A stretch of 64,000 bases of DNA, from assembly GCA_945870505.1 (NCBI GenBank), contig CAMBSN010000001.1, positions 4,795-68,794 on the forward strand, given 5' to 3'. Positions 26,806-35,359 of this stretch are shown one piece after another. Position numbers and translations under genes: made by a program. How positions within the stretch are numbered: the stretch's first letter is position 1; each line of letters opens with the position of its first letter. Source of the DNA: Candidatus Kuenenia stuttgartensis (GTDB lineage: Bacteria > Planctomycetota > Planctomycetia > Pirellulales > UBA1268). The notes beneath the pieces are model-generated. The model saw only the letters and a program-made list of their open reading frames with translations. It was not told the DNA's origin and did not search any database.

Positions 26806-27051
26806 TTAGAGATGGCCGATCGACCCGCGACCCACCGGCCCCGCCGACGGCCGCAGGTTGAGGTTGCCGAAGTGGAGAATCGTGCCCGCTCCGATGGAGA
26901 GCAGCGTCCACGGAGCCCAATCGGGGGCGGTCATCGTCCTGGCCGGCCCGCTGCCATCGATCGGCACCACCACGGCGGAATCGACCAGGAGCATCTCGAC
27001 GCCCAAGACGCAGGCGAAGATCCCCGCCGCCAGAAGAACGCTCTTCGTCAT
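26806..27051 (-). CDS. Small two-helix membrane protein (81 aa), hypothetical
   Basis: MTKSVLLAAGIFACVLGVEMLLV ... APDWAPWTLLSIGAGTILHF. GC-rich third positions. Resembles the small protein at 49450-49725. Confidence 0.4.
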   Translation of the reverse strand: MTKSVLLAAGIFACVLGVEMLLVDSAVVVPIDGSGPARTMTAPDWAPWTLLSIGAGTILHFGNLNLRPSAGPVGRGSIGHL

Positions 27052-27243
27052 CGTTGCCTGCCGCCGCTGGGCCGTATCTCCTCGCCGGGACGTCGACCAC
27101 CCGACGCTCCGCTCCTCATGCATCGACACGGGACAGCTTGCTCCGTGAACGTCCAGGCGACTCGGGCAGGGTGGAACGGTCATGCCGGCCATGCAGGGTG
27201 CGGCCGATGCCCCGGCTCATACGATTTACACGTTGACCCTCGC

Positions 27244-27510
27244 GCGTTCGCGAAGCTCGGGGCTGCCCGTGCCATCTCGCCGGACGCTCGCTGCGGGCAT
27301 CCTGCCCTTCCGCTCGCTCGAAGGAAACCTCGCTTCGCCCTCCAGGCTTCGCTCGGTTTCCTACGCCGCTCGATTGGCACGGGCAGCCCCTCGCTGGCGC
27401 CCCGTAGCACAGGTTGGCAACCTGTGTGTCTGCTCGGTTCGCATTGGGATCGGGTGCGATTCTGGAAGGGGGAGCAGCCGGATCGGAGGCACGCGCAGAA
27501 GACGGTGACA
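27244..27510. repeat. Intergenic mosaic repeat, copy B (most complete: left module, inverted-repeat-bounded module 27259-27390, palindrome 27402-27426, right module)
   Basis: Shares flanks with copy A. The internal segment is bounded by GGGGCTGCCCGTGCC (27259-27273) and GGCACGGGCAGCCCC (27376-27390). Palindrome CCGTAGCACAGGTTGGCAACCTGTG. Confidence 0.85.
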
Positions 27511-27609
27511 TGTGCGGACGCCGGGCGCGGGTATTCCGTACGAGCACTGAACTCGCACATGCCGCCGGCTGCGGATTCGCAACGACGCAAGGATCAGGTG
27601 TGACCCGTG

Positions 27610-29703
27610 TCAGGCGTCGGCAGCCGCGGCGGCGTCGCCATGGTCGGCAACATGGGTCCGCACCGGCCGCCGGTCGGTGTCGGTGCCAGGCACGAGCTGC
27701 GGAGCCCCGGTCGAGGCCTCCACGATCGCCTTGAGTTCGGCGCCGTCGATCACCTCGCACTCCATCAGCCGCGCAGTCACCGCCTCGAGGGCCACGCGCC
27801 GCGTCTCGATGATCCGCCGCACCTTGGCCATGCCCTCGTCGATGATCCGGCGGACTTCCTCATCGATCTCACGGGCGGTCTGCTCGCTGTGGCTACGGGC
27901 GGCGGGCAGGTCGGCCCCGGCGGCGGCGAGGAACGGAGACCGCGGGCTCTCCCGGTACGTCACCCTCCCGAGCCGGCTCATGCCGTAGTCCATCACCATC
28001 GACCGGGCAATCTCGCTGGCCCGCTCGAGGTCGTTCTGGGCACCGGTGGAGACGTCGGCGTAGACGGCCTCCTCGGCGATCGTGCCGGCGAGCAACACCT
28101 GGATCCGACTCTCGAGTTCACTCTGCGTGAGCAGGTAGCGGTCGTCCTCCGGCCGCTGCATGGTGTAGCCGAGCGCCGCGAGGCCGCGGGGGATGATCGA
28201 CACCTTGTGAACGGGATCGGTGTTGGGCAGCGAGTAGGCGACCAGGGCGTGGGCTGCCTCGTGGTAGGCCACCCGCTTCTTTTCGTCCTCGTGGATCACC
28301 CGCTTCTTCTTCTCGAGCCCGGCGGTCACCCGCTCCACGCCCTCGTTGAACTCCTCCATGCCCACGGCCGACTTGTTGTTGCGAGCAGCAAGCAGGGCCG
28401 CCTCGTTGACGAGGTTCGCGAGGTCCGCACCGACAAAGCCCGAGGTGATCCGAGCGATCTGCCCGAGTTCGACGGCTGGATCGAGTTTCACCTTCGACAC
28501 GTGCACCTTGAGGATCGACTCGCGGCCACGAACGTCGGGGCGATCGACGAGCACGTGGCGGTCGAACCGTCCGGGCCGCAGGAGTGCCGGGTCGAGCGTC
28601 TCAGGACGATTGGTCGCGGCGAGCACGATCACGCCCGAGTTGCTGCCGAAGCCGTCCATCTCCACGAGCAGGGCGTTGAGCGTCTGCTCGCGCTCGTCGT
28701 TGCCGCCGACGACGCTCGTCCCGCGGGTCTTGCCGAGCGCGTCGAGTTCGTCGATGAAGATGATGCAGGGGGCCTTCGCCGCGGCCTGCTGGAACATGTC
28801 GCGAACCCGCGCCGCCCCAACACCCACGAACATCTCCACGAAGTCGCTGCCGGAAAGGCCGAAGAAGGGCACGCCTGCCTCGCCGGCGATCGCCTTGGCC
28901 AGCAGCGTCTTGCCGGTCCCAGGCGGCCCGACGAGGAGCACACCCTTAGGGATGTGTCCGCCGAGCACCTGGTACTTCTCGGGGCTTCTCAGAAACTCGA
29001 CGACTTCCCGGAGTTCATCCACTGCCTCGTCGATGCCGGCGACGTCGTCGAAGGTGATCCCGAGATCTTCCTGGGCATACATCTTGCCGCGGCTCCGGCC
29101 GAAAGCCATCGGACTGCCAGCGCCGCCGATCCGCCGCATCATCACGAAGAACAGCACACCAAAGAGGCCCGTCAGGAACAGCATCGGCAGCCAGTTCCGC
29201 CAGGGACTCGGGGGATCCTCGTAGCGAAACGGAACACCGTATTCCTTGAGGGTCTTCATCAACTCCGACTCGGAGTTCTCGCTGGGGAGCTTGGCTGCGC
29301 GGAACCGTCGCTCCCCGTTCGCGAGGCCGCCCACCAGCGGCCGGCGGGGCTGACTCGACTCGTCGGCGGGGTGGGCGGCGGCGATGCCCCGCGGCGCTTC
29401 GCGGACCCTTCCCGACACCTCAAAGGCCCCGATGACCACGTCATGCAAGTCGCCGTAGCGGACCGCCGCCGCATCGCCCTCGGACTTCTGCAGGGTCACG
29501 AAGCGGTCAGGGCCATCCGTCGCCGAAGCTGCGATCAGCCGCTCCAGATCGCTGTAGGAGATTTCGACGTCCGGGGCGACGCTGACAAGGCTGAGGGCGA
29601 ACAGGCTGGCGACGCCGGCAGCCACCAGCGACCAGATGAGGTTTCCACCCACGGCCGGCTTGCGGTCAGCTGGACGCTTGGGATTGTCGCGTTTCTTGGC
29701 CAT
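27610..29703 (-). CDS. ftsH: ATP-dependent zinc metalloprotease FtsH
   Basis: Walker [24 protein letters not shown], Walker [12 protein letters not shown], second region of homology, zinc site HEAAHALV. Start ATG 29703 (MAKKRD) or 29727. Confidence 0.92.
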   Translation of the reverse strand: MAKKRDNPKRPADRKPAVGGNLIWSLVAAGVASLFALSLVSVAPDVEISYSDLERLIAASATDGPDRFVTLQKSEGDAAAVRYGDLHDVVIGAFEVSGRVREAPRGIAAAHPADESSQPRRPLVGGLANGERRFRAAKLPSENSESELMKTLKEYGVPFRYEDPPSPWRNWLPMLFLTGLFGVLFFVMMRRIGGAGSPMAFGRSRGKMYAQEDLGITFDDVAGIDEAVDELREVVEFLRSPEKYQVLGGHIPKGVLLVGPPGTGKTLLAKAIAGEAGVPFFGLSGSDFVEMFVGVGAARVRDMFQQAAAKAPCIIFIDELDALGKTRGTSVVGGNDEREQTLNALLVEMDGFGSNSGVIVLAATNRPETLDPALLRPGRFDRHVLVDRPDVRGRESILKVHVSKVKLDPAVELGQIARITSGFVGADLANLVNEAALLAARNNKSAVGMEEFNEGVERVTAGLEKKKRVIHEDEKKRVAYHEAAHALVAYSLPNTDPVHKVSIIPRGLAALGYTMQRPEDDRYLLTQSELESRIQVLLAGTIAEEAVYADVSTGAQNDLERASEIARSMVMDYGMSRLGRVTYRESPRSPFLAAAGADLPAARSHSEQTAREIDEEVRRIIDEGMAKVRRIIETRRVALEAVTARLMECEVIDGAELKAIVEASTGAPQLVPGTDTDRRPVRTHVADHGDAAAAADA

Positions 29704-29945
29704 GCCGCTCGAGCGTTCAAAGAGCACCGACCGGCCGCAACTGACCGATGGGGAAGCCCCTAATCGTAAGCGGACACATCACCCGCGACAAACGACCTCC
29801 CACCTCAAATCGCGAGCCTTGCGGGAAAAGCGGCGGAAAATCGCGTGCCCTGATCTGGATCGCGGTGGAAGTTCCCCGCGACACCCCATAGACTTTCCCG
29901 ATCGTGATCACCGGCCGTTTCGCCACTTCCGCGTTCCCTCCCCGC

Positions 29946-31169
29946 ATGGCAGATACCTCGTCCGGGGGATCGCCCGTGGTGGCTGCCACCCGCGCCCTGC
30001 CGCGGGAACCCGGCGGGCCGCTCCGCGTGGCCGTCCTCGGATCGACGGGGAGCATCGGCCGCAGCACGCTCGACGTGATCGAAGCTTCCGCCGGCCGGTT
30101 CAGCACCTGGCTGCTCGCAGCCCACCGAAGTGCGTCGGCCTTGCTCGAACAGGCCCACCGCATGCGGCCCGCCTGGATGGTTGTGGTCGACGAGAAGGCG
30201 GCCGCCGACGTTGATCCGCGATCGCTTCCGGCCGGCACGCGACTCGCCGTGGGGGCGGAAGCCCTCGACGACCTCGTTCGCGATCCGGCTATCGACCGTG
30301 TGGTGTCGGCAATCGTGGGAGCCGCCGGCTTACGGAGCACGTGGGCGGCAATCGAGGCCGGCAAGACGGTGGCCCTGGCCAACAAGGAAACGCTGGTGAT
30401 GGCCGGGCCACTCGTGATGGCGCTGGCGTCACGGTGCAACGCCACGATCCTGCCGGTCGATAGCGAACACTCTGCCGTGCATCAGGCCCTCTGTTCCGGC
30501 CGGCATGTGGACGTCAAGCGGATCGTGCTCACCGCCAGCGGCGGGCCGTTCCGAACAAAGCCTCGCGAGGCGCTCGCCACGGTCACTCCGGCCGAGGCCC
30601 TCGAGCATCCCACGTGGTCGATGGGCCCCAAGATCACCGTCGATTCCGCCACGATGATGAACAAGGCGCTCGAGATCATCGAGGCGCGGTGGCTGTTCGA
30701 CATGCCGGCCGAGAAGATCGCGGTGCTCGTCCACCCTCAGTCGATCGTCCACTCGCTGGTCGAGTTTGTCGACGGATCGGTGATCGCCCAACTCAGCCCG
30801 CCCGACATGCGGCTCCCGATTCAGTACGCCCTCACCCATCCCGAGCGGACCGAAGGCCCGGCGCGGACGTTCGATTTCACGCGGCCGATGACGCTGGAGT
30901 TTGAGCCGCCGGACGTCGAGCGATTCCCAGCGGTGCGGCTCGGCCACGAGGCGGCCGCCCGGGGCGGCACGGCCGGGGCGGTGCTCAATGCGGCCAACGA
31001 GGCGGCCGTAGGCCGATTCCTTGCGGGCGGGCTGCGATTCACCGACATTGCCGAGGCGTGTTCACGGGTGCTGGATGGGCATTCGTTCGAAGCGGAACCC
31101 ACGCTCGACGAGATTCTCAGGCTCGACTCGTGGGCCAGACAGGAGGTCGCGAAGTGGTCGGGTGCCTGA
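29946..31169 (+). CDS. dxr: 1-deoxy-D-xylulose-5-phosphate reductoisomerase
   Basis: VAVLGSTGSIGRSTLDV, LANKETLVMAG, PVDSEHSAVHQ, HPTWSMGPKITVDSATMMNKALE. Classical dxr-rseP synteny. Confidence 0.9.
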   Translation: MADTSSGGSPVVAATRALPREPGGPLRVAVLGSTGSIGRSTLDVIEASAGRFSTWLLAAHRSASALLEQAHRMRPAWMVVVDEKAAADVDPRSLPAGTRLAVGAEALDDLVRDPAIDRVVSAIVGAAGLRSTWAAIEAGKTVALANKETLVMAGPLVMALASRCNATILPVDSEHSAVHQALCSGRHVDVKRIVLTASGGPFRTKPREALATVTPAEALEHPTWSMGPKITVDSATMMNKALEIIEARWLFDMPAEKIAVLVHPQSIVHSLVEFVDGSVIAQLSPPDMRLPIQYALTHPERTEGPARTFDFTRPMTLEFEPPDVERFPAVRLGHEAAARGGTAGAVLNAANEAAVGRFLAGGLRFTDIAEACSRVLDGHSFEAEPTLDEILRLDSWARQEVAKWSGA

Positions 31170-33229
31170 TGCTGTTTCACGTGGTGCCGATTCTCGGTGG
31201 CACGTGGCTGGAATGGTTCGCGCAGCCCGCGAACCTGTGGGTCGTGCTCCAGGTCGCTGGCGGCCTGGGGTTCGTGATCTTCGTACACGAACTCGGACAC
31301 TTCCTGGTCGCCAAGGCCTGCGGGGTGAAGTGCGAGAAGTTCTTCCTCGGGTTCGACGTGGGCGGGCTCAAACTCGCGAGCTTCAAGGCCGGCGAGACGG
31401 AATACGGCATCGGGATCCTGCCGCTGGGCGGCTACGTGAAGATGCTCGGCCAGGATGACAACCCGGCCGCCGCGACCTCCGAGGCGCAGCGTGCCAAGCT
31501 CTCGGGCGACCTGCCCGCCGAGCCCGTCGCCGGACCGCACTCCGCCTGGGATCCCCGCAGCTATCCCGCGCAGAGCGTCCCCAAGCGGATGGCGATCATC
31601 TCGGCCGGCGTGATCATGAACGTGATCTTCGCCGTGCTCATGGCGTCGCTGGCCTATGGGATCGGCGTCCGCGAGATGACCTGCGCGCTTTCGAGCGTCC
31701 GCACCGGGGGCGCCGCCTGGCGGGCAGGCCTGCGGACGGGCGACGAGATCGTCGCGATCGCCGGCCGCAAGGACCCGATCTTCAACGACCTCCGCCACGG
31801 CGTGACGGTCGGTAGCGTTTCCAAGGGAATCGAGTTCACCATTCGCCGCCCAGCCGACGGCTCGGAGCGGACGGTCGTTCTCAAGCCCGACACCGACCTG
31901 GGGGCGCCGACGATCGGCGTCACAAGCCCCTATTCGCTGACGCTGCCCGCCGACATCTCCAAGGGGCTCGCGGGGGCTGCGGCGCTCGCACAGCCGGCAT
32001 TCGAGGGAGGCGACACGATCCGCGCCGTTGATGCCACGCCCGTGTCGAGCTACGCCGAACTGCTTGCCCTGATCGCCGCAAAGCCCGCGACCGCGGTCAC
32101 ACTGACGGTCGACCGGAAATCGCAGACCGCCGACGGCAAGGCGGGCCCGGCGACGAGCGTGTCGATCGCACTGCCGCCGCAGCCGAGGCTTGTGACCGGC
32201 ATGGCCATGACGCCGCTGGCGATCAAGGCCGTGCAGGACGACTCCCCTGCAGCCGCGGCCGGCATTCGCGCGGGTGAGCGGCTCGTCGCCATCAACGGCG
32301 ATCCCATCGGCGACCCGTTTACGCTCGACGAACGGCTCCGGACCCGCGTCGGCGAGGCAGTGACGCTCACACTCGCCGCAGCCGACGGCACGACCCGCAC
32401 CGTCGAGGTCCGGCCCCGCGCCGTCACCTGGCGGGACGACGAGACGGCCGGGATCGGCAGCCCGCTGTCGATCTCGTCGCTCGGTGTGGCGATTCCGGTG
32501 CAGGCGACGGTCGCGGCCGTCACCCCCGAGAGTCCAGCCGCCCGTGCCGGCATCAAAGCCGGTGATCGGATCGTGCGGGCCGTCGTCGTCGAGCCAGGCG
32601 AGAAGCCCGATCCGAAGGCCGGCATCGACTTCTCCGACCGAGAGCCCAACTGGCCGATTGTGGCGGCGCTGATCCAGCATCTGCCGGCAGGCACCTCGCT
32701 TTCGGTCACCGTTGAGTCTGCGGCGGGCGACCGGCAGGATGTGGCGCTGAAGCCCGAGCCGGCTGCCGGCGAGTACGTTGCGGACCGCGGCCTCGTCTTT
32801 GAGCCGATCTACAAGACGATGAAGGCGGGATCGATCGCCGGGGCACTGCGGCGGGGGCTCCTCAAGACGAAGGAGGATCTCTCGATGGTCTATGGGTTCC
32901 TCGGCAAGCTCACGCGACAGCAGATCAGCCCGCGGCTCCTCGGTGGGCCGATCGAGATCGCAAAGCAGGCGGGCCGCTCGGCGAGCGAGGGCTTCGGCCG
33001 GCTCCTCCTCTTCCTGACGATGCTCAGCGCGAACCTGGCGGTCGTGAACTTCCTTCCCATACCCGTGCTCGACGGCGGGCACATGGTGTTCCTCGCCTAC
33101 GAGGGAATCCGCGGCAAGCCGCCAAGCGAGGGCGTGGTGGTGGTGCTCAGCTACCTGGGGCTCGCCCTGATCCTCTCGCTGATGTTCTTCGTGTTCGGGC
33201 TCGACCTCGGCCTGATCCCGAGGCGGTAG
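31169..33229 (+). CDS. rseP: RIP site-2 metalloprotease RseP (M50) with an extended PDZ region
   Basis: HELGHFLVAK near the N-terminus and NFLPIPVLDGGH near the C-terminus. The intervening region is long with several PDZ-like segments (AAAAGIRAGERLVAINGD; AARAGIKAGDRIVRA). TGATG overlap with the dxr stop. Confidence 0.85.
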   Translation: MLFHVVPILGGTWLEWFAQPANLWVVLQVAGGLGFVIFVHELGHFLVAKACGVKCEKFFLGFDVGGLKLASFKAGETEYGIGILPLGGYVKMLGQDDNPAAATSEAQRAKLSGDLPAEPVAGPHSAWDPRSYPAQSVPKRMAIISAGVIMNVIFAVLMASLAYGIGVREMTCALSSVRTGGAAWRAGLRTGDEIVAIAGRKDPIFNDLRHGVTVGSVSKGIEFTIRRPADGSERTVVLKPDTDLGAPTIGVTSPYSLTLPADISKGLAGAAALAQPAFEGGDTIRAVDATPVSSYAELLALIAAKPATAVTLTVDRKSQTADGKAGPATSVSIALPPQPRLVTGMAMTPLAIKAVQDDSPAAAAGIRAGERLVAINGDPIGDPFTLDERLRTRVGEAVTLTLAAADGTTRTVEVRPRAVTWRDDETAGIGSPLSISSLGVAIPVQATVAAVTPESPAARAGIKAGDRIVRAVVVEPGEKPDPKAGIDFSDREPNWPIVAALIQHLPAGTSLSVTVESAAGDRQDVALKPEPAAGEYVADRGLVFEPIYKTMKAGSIAGALRRGLLKTKEDLSMVYGFLGKLTRQQISPRLLGGPIEIAKQAGRSASEGFGRLLLFLTMLSANLAVVNFLPIPVLDGGHMVFLAYEGIRGKPPSEGVVVVLSYLGLALILSLMFFVFGLDLGLIPRR

Positions 33230-33233
33230 CCGC

Positions 33234-33899
33234 ATGGTCGCTCACCCGCGGTCGGCGGTGCCGGATGCGTTTCCGCCAGCGGGTGTCACGGCGATCGTCT
33301 TCGACGTGGTCGGCACGCTCGTCGAGCCGGCCGTGAGCGTGGCCGACACCTACGCGGCCGCGGGGCGGCGACAGGGGGTCGATCTCGATCCGGCGACGGT
33401 CGCCCGACGATTCGCCACGGCTTGGCGGCGTCAGGAATCGATCGACGCGGCGGCAGCGACCCCATTCGTCACGTCGCGCAGCCGCGAGCGGGAGCGATGG
33501 CGGGAGATCGTGGCCGATGTCTTCGGCCCCGGCGACGCAACCGCGGCCATCTTCACCGACCTCTGGGCGCACTTCGCCCTGCCGCAGGCCTGGCGGCCCG
33601 TGCCGCGCGGGGTGACGTTGGCTCAGACGGCGATCGACGCTGGGCTCGTCGTGGCGGTGGCGAGTAACTTCGACGAACGCCTGCTCGACATCGCACCGCA
33701 CCTCGACCCGCTGACCCGCGTCGCCGGCGTGTTTCCGTCATCGGAGATCGGCTGGCGAAAGCCGGCGGCGGAATTCTTCCGCCAGGTCGAGCGGCGGCTC
33801 GAGCGCCGCCCCGAGCAACTCCTCTACGTGGGCGACGATCCCGATCTCGACGTCATGGCGGCGGCCAACGCCGGCTGGCAGTCGCTGCTCGTAGGCTGA
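33234..33899 (+). CDS. HAD-superfamily hydrolase (subfamily IA-like)
   Basis: Motif I IVFDVVGTLVEP, motif II VASNFD, motif III/IV YVGDDPDLDVMAAANAG. Confidence 0.75.
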   Translation: MVAHPRSAVPDAFPPAGVTAIVFDVVGTLVEPAVSVADTYAAAGRRQGVDLDPATVARRFATAWRRQESIDAAAATPFVTSRSRERERWREIVADVFGPGDATAAIFTDLWAHFALPQAWRPVPRGVTLAQTAIDAGLVVAVASNFDERLLDIAPHLDPLTRVAGVFPSSEIGWRKPAAEFFRQVERRLERRPEQLLYVGDDPDLDVMAAANAGWQSLLVG

Positions 33900-33906
33900 T
33901 CGATGC

Positions 33907-35100
33907 TCACGCCGACGGCGCCGCCCGAATGGGCCCGCCCACGGCGAGCAGGCCGGCGGCGACGGCCGCGAGGGCCGCCGTCACGGCAAACGCCGTAGCG
34001 GCGCCGTCCGCACCGCGGTCCCAGAGCCATCCTGCGAGCAGGCCAGCGGGCAGCGCCATCAGGCCCTGCACGAGCGCATACCAGCCGAAGGCCGTCCCCT
34101 GACGGCCGTCGGGGGAGAGGGCCGCGACGAGCGCGCGCTCCGCCGGCTCCGTGATTCCGTAGGCCATCGCGACGACGAGCATGCAGGCGACTGCGGTTAC
34201 GAGTGAGTTGGCGAGGGCGAGCCCGCCGTAGGCAGCTGCGAAGGCAAGCCAGCCGACCACGAGCGTGGGCCGTGGTGCGAGCCGATCGACGAGCGGTCCG
34301 GCACGAGACGCCGTGATGCTCTTCACCACGCCGATAGCAAACCAGATAAGCGGAATGGCGTAGGCAGCGACGCCGAGATCGGCGACCCGCAGCAGGAGAA
34401 ACTGCTCGCTGGCGGCGCCGAGGGCCCAGATGGCGACACACCCCAGGAGGTGCAGCTGCGGCGCGGAGAGCGGAGCCGACGCGGGCGTGGCGGCGACTGT
34501 CGGCCGCGGCGGGTCGCGGACGAACTTCCAGATCACGGCGAGGGTCGCGAGCCCGGGCAGGATGGCGAGCAGGAAGAGCGTCCGCTCGCGGCCCGGAAAC
34601 GCGAGCAGGAAGAGCATCGCGACGAGCGGTCCGAGCGCGGCGCCCGCATGATCCATGGCGCGGATGTGGCCGAAGGCGCGGCCGCGGATCGCTGGCTCGA
34701 CGAGGTCGGTGACGAGCGCGTCGCGGGGCGCCGAGCGGATTCCCTTGCCGAACCGGTCGGCGGTCCGCACGGCAATCACCCCGAGCGGTGTGGCCACGAG
34801 CCCCATGAGCGGACGCAGGATCGCCGAGAGGCCGTAGCCGATGAGCACGAGTGGCCGGCGGCCGAGTCGGTCGGATGCCGCACCGGCGAACAGCCGCACG
34901 ACCGCCGCCACGGCGTTGGCGAGGCCGTCGATCAGTCCGATGTCGACCCCTGTGCCCCCGAGCCCCTTCACGAACGCGGGCAGGAGCGGATAGATCGCCT
35001 CACTAGAGAGATCTGTCAGAAAACTCGTCCAGCCAAGTGCCCGCACGGTGGCGGGCAACTCGGCTTGTGCCCGCACGGTGGCGGGCGATGGTGTGTTCAT
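33907..35100 (-). CDS. MFS transporter
   Basis: About 12 hydrophobic helices. MFS motif A-like SDRLGRRPLVLIGY. Confidence 0.75.
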   Translation of the reverse strand: MNTPSPATVRAQAELPATVRALGWTSFLTDLSSEAIYPLLPAFVKGLGGTGVDIGLIDGLANAVAAVVRLFAGAASDRLGRRPLVLIGYGLSAILRPLMGLVATPLGVIAVRTADRFGKGIRSAPRDALVTDLVEPAIRGRAFGHIRAMDHAGAALGPLVAMLFLLAFPGRERTLFLLAILPGLATLAVIWKFVRDPPRPTVAATPASAPLSAPQLHLLGCVAIWALGAASEQFLLLRVADLGVAAYAIPLIWFAIGVVKSITASRAGPLVDRLAPRPTLVVGWLAFAAAYGGLALANSLVTAVACMLVVAMAYGITEPAERALVAALSPDGRQGTAFGWYALVQGLMALPAGLLAGWLWDRGADGAATAFAVTAALAAVAAGLLAVGGPIRAAPSA

Positions 35101-35141
35101 CTCACGGGCTCAAAAAATGATCCGACGTCGCGCGTGGGCTC

Positions 35142-35315
35142 GGGGCTGCCCATACCCCGTCGCCGGACGTTCGCTGCGGGCATCCTGCCCTCCGCTCACT
35201 CGATGCTGCCCTCGCTTCGCCATCCTGGCTGCGCTCGGCCAGCAACGCCGGCTCCTGGGGCACGGGCAGCCCCTCTCTGCATCGTTCTTCCGTAGCACAG
35301 GTTGTCAACCTGTGC
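35142..35315. repeat. Intergenic repeat, copy C (inverted-repeat-bounded module 35142-35273 plus palindrome 35290-35315)
   Basis: GGGGCTGCCCATACC...GGCACGGGCAGCCCC. Roughly 90 percent identical by eye to the reverse complement of 56798-56926. Palindrome CCGTAGCACAGGTTGTCAACCTGTGC. Confidence 0.85.
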
Positions 35316-35359
35316 CTGTCCGCTTCGCGCGCGGTCGTGTCGTTGACCTACACACAAAA

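Noticed and set aside
27259-27390. Calling the inverted-repeat-bounded module a mobile element (MITE/IS)
   Set aside because: There is no transposase in the window, and I could not identify target-site duplications by eye. It is kept as a repeat with the mobility hypothesis stated only as inference.
27607-29763. 718-aa plus-strand ORF covering the whole ftsH locus
   Set aside because: It is antisense to an unmistakable FtsH gene. The translation is Arg/Gly/His/Pro-rich with no motifs, as expected for a shadow ORF in a high-GC genome.
30821-33235. 804-aa minus-strand ORF opposite rseP and the dxr 3' end
   Set aside because: Shadow ORF with an extremely Arg/Asp/Gly-rich translation. The plus strand carries clear HELGH and NFLPIPVLDGGH motifs.
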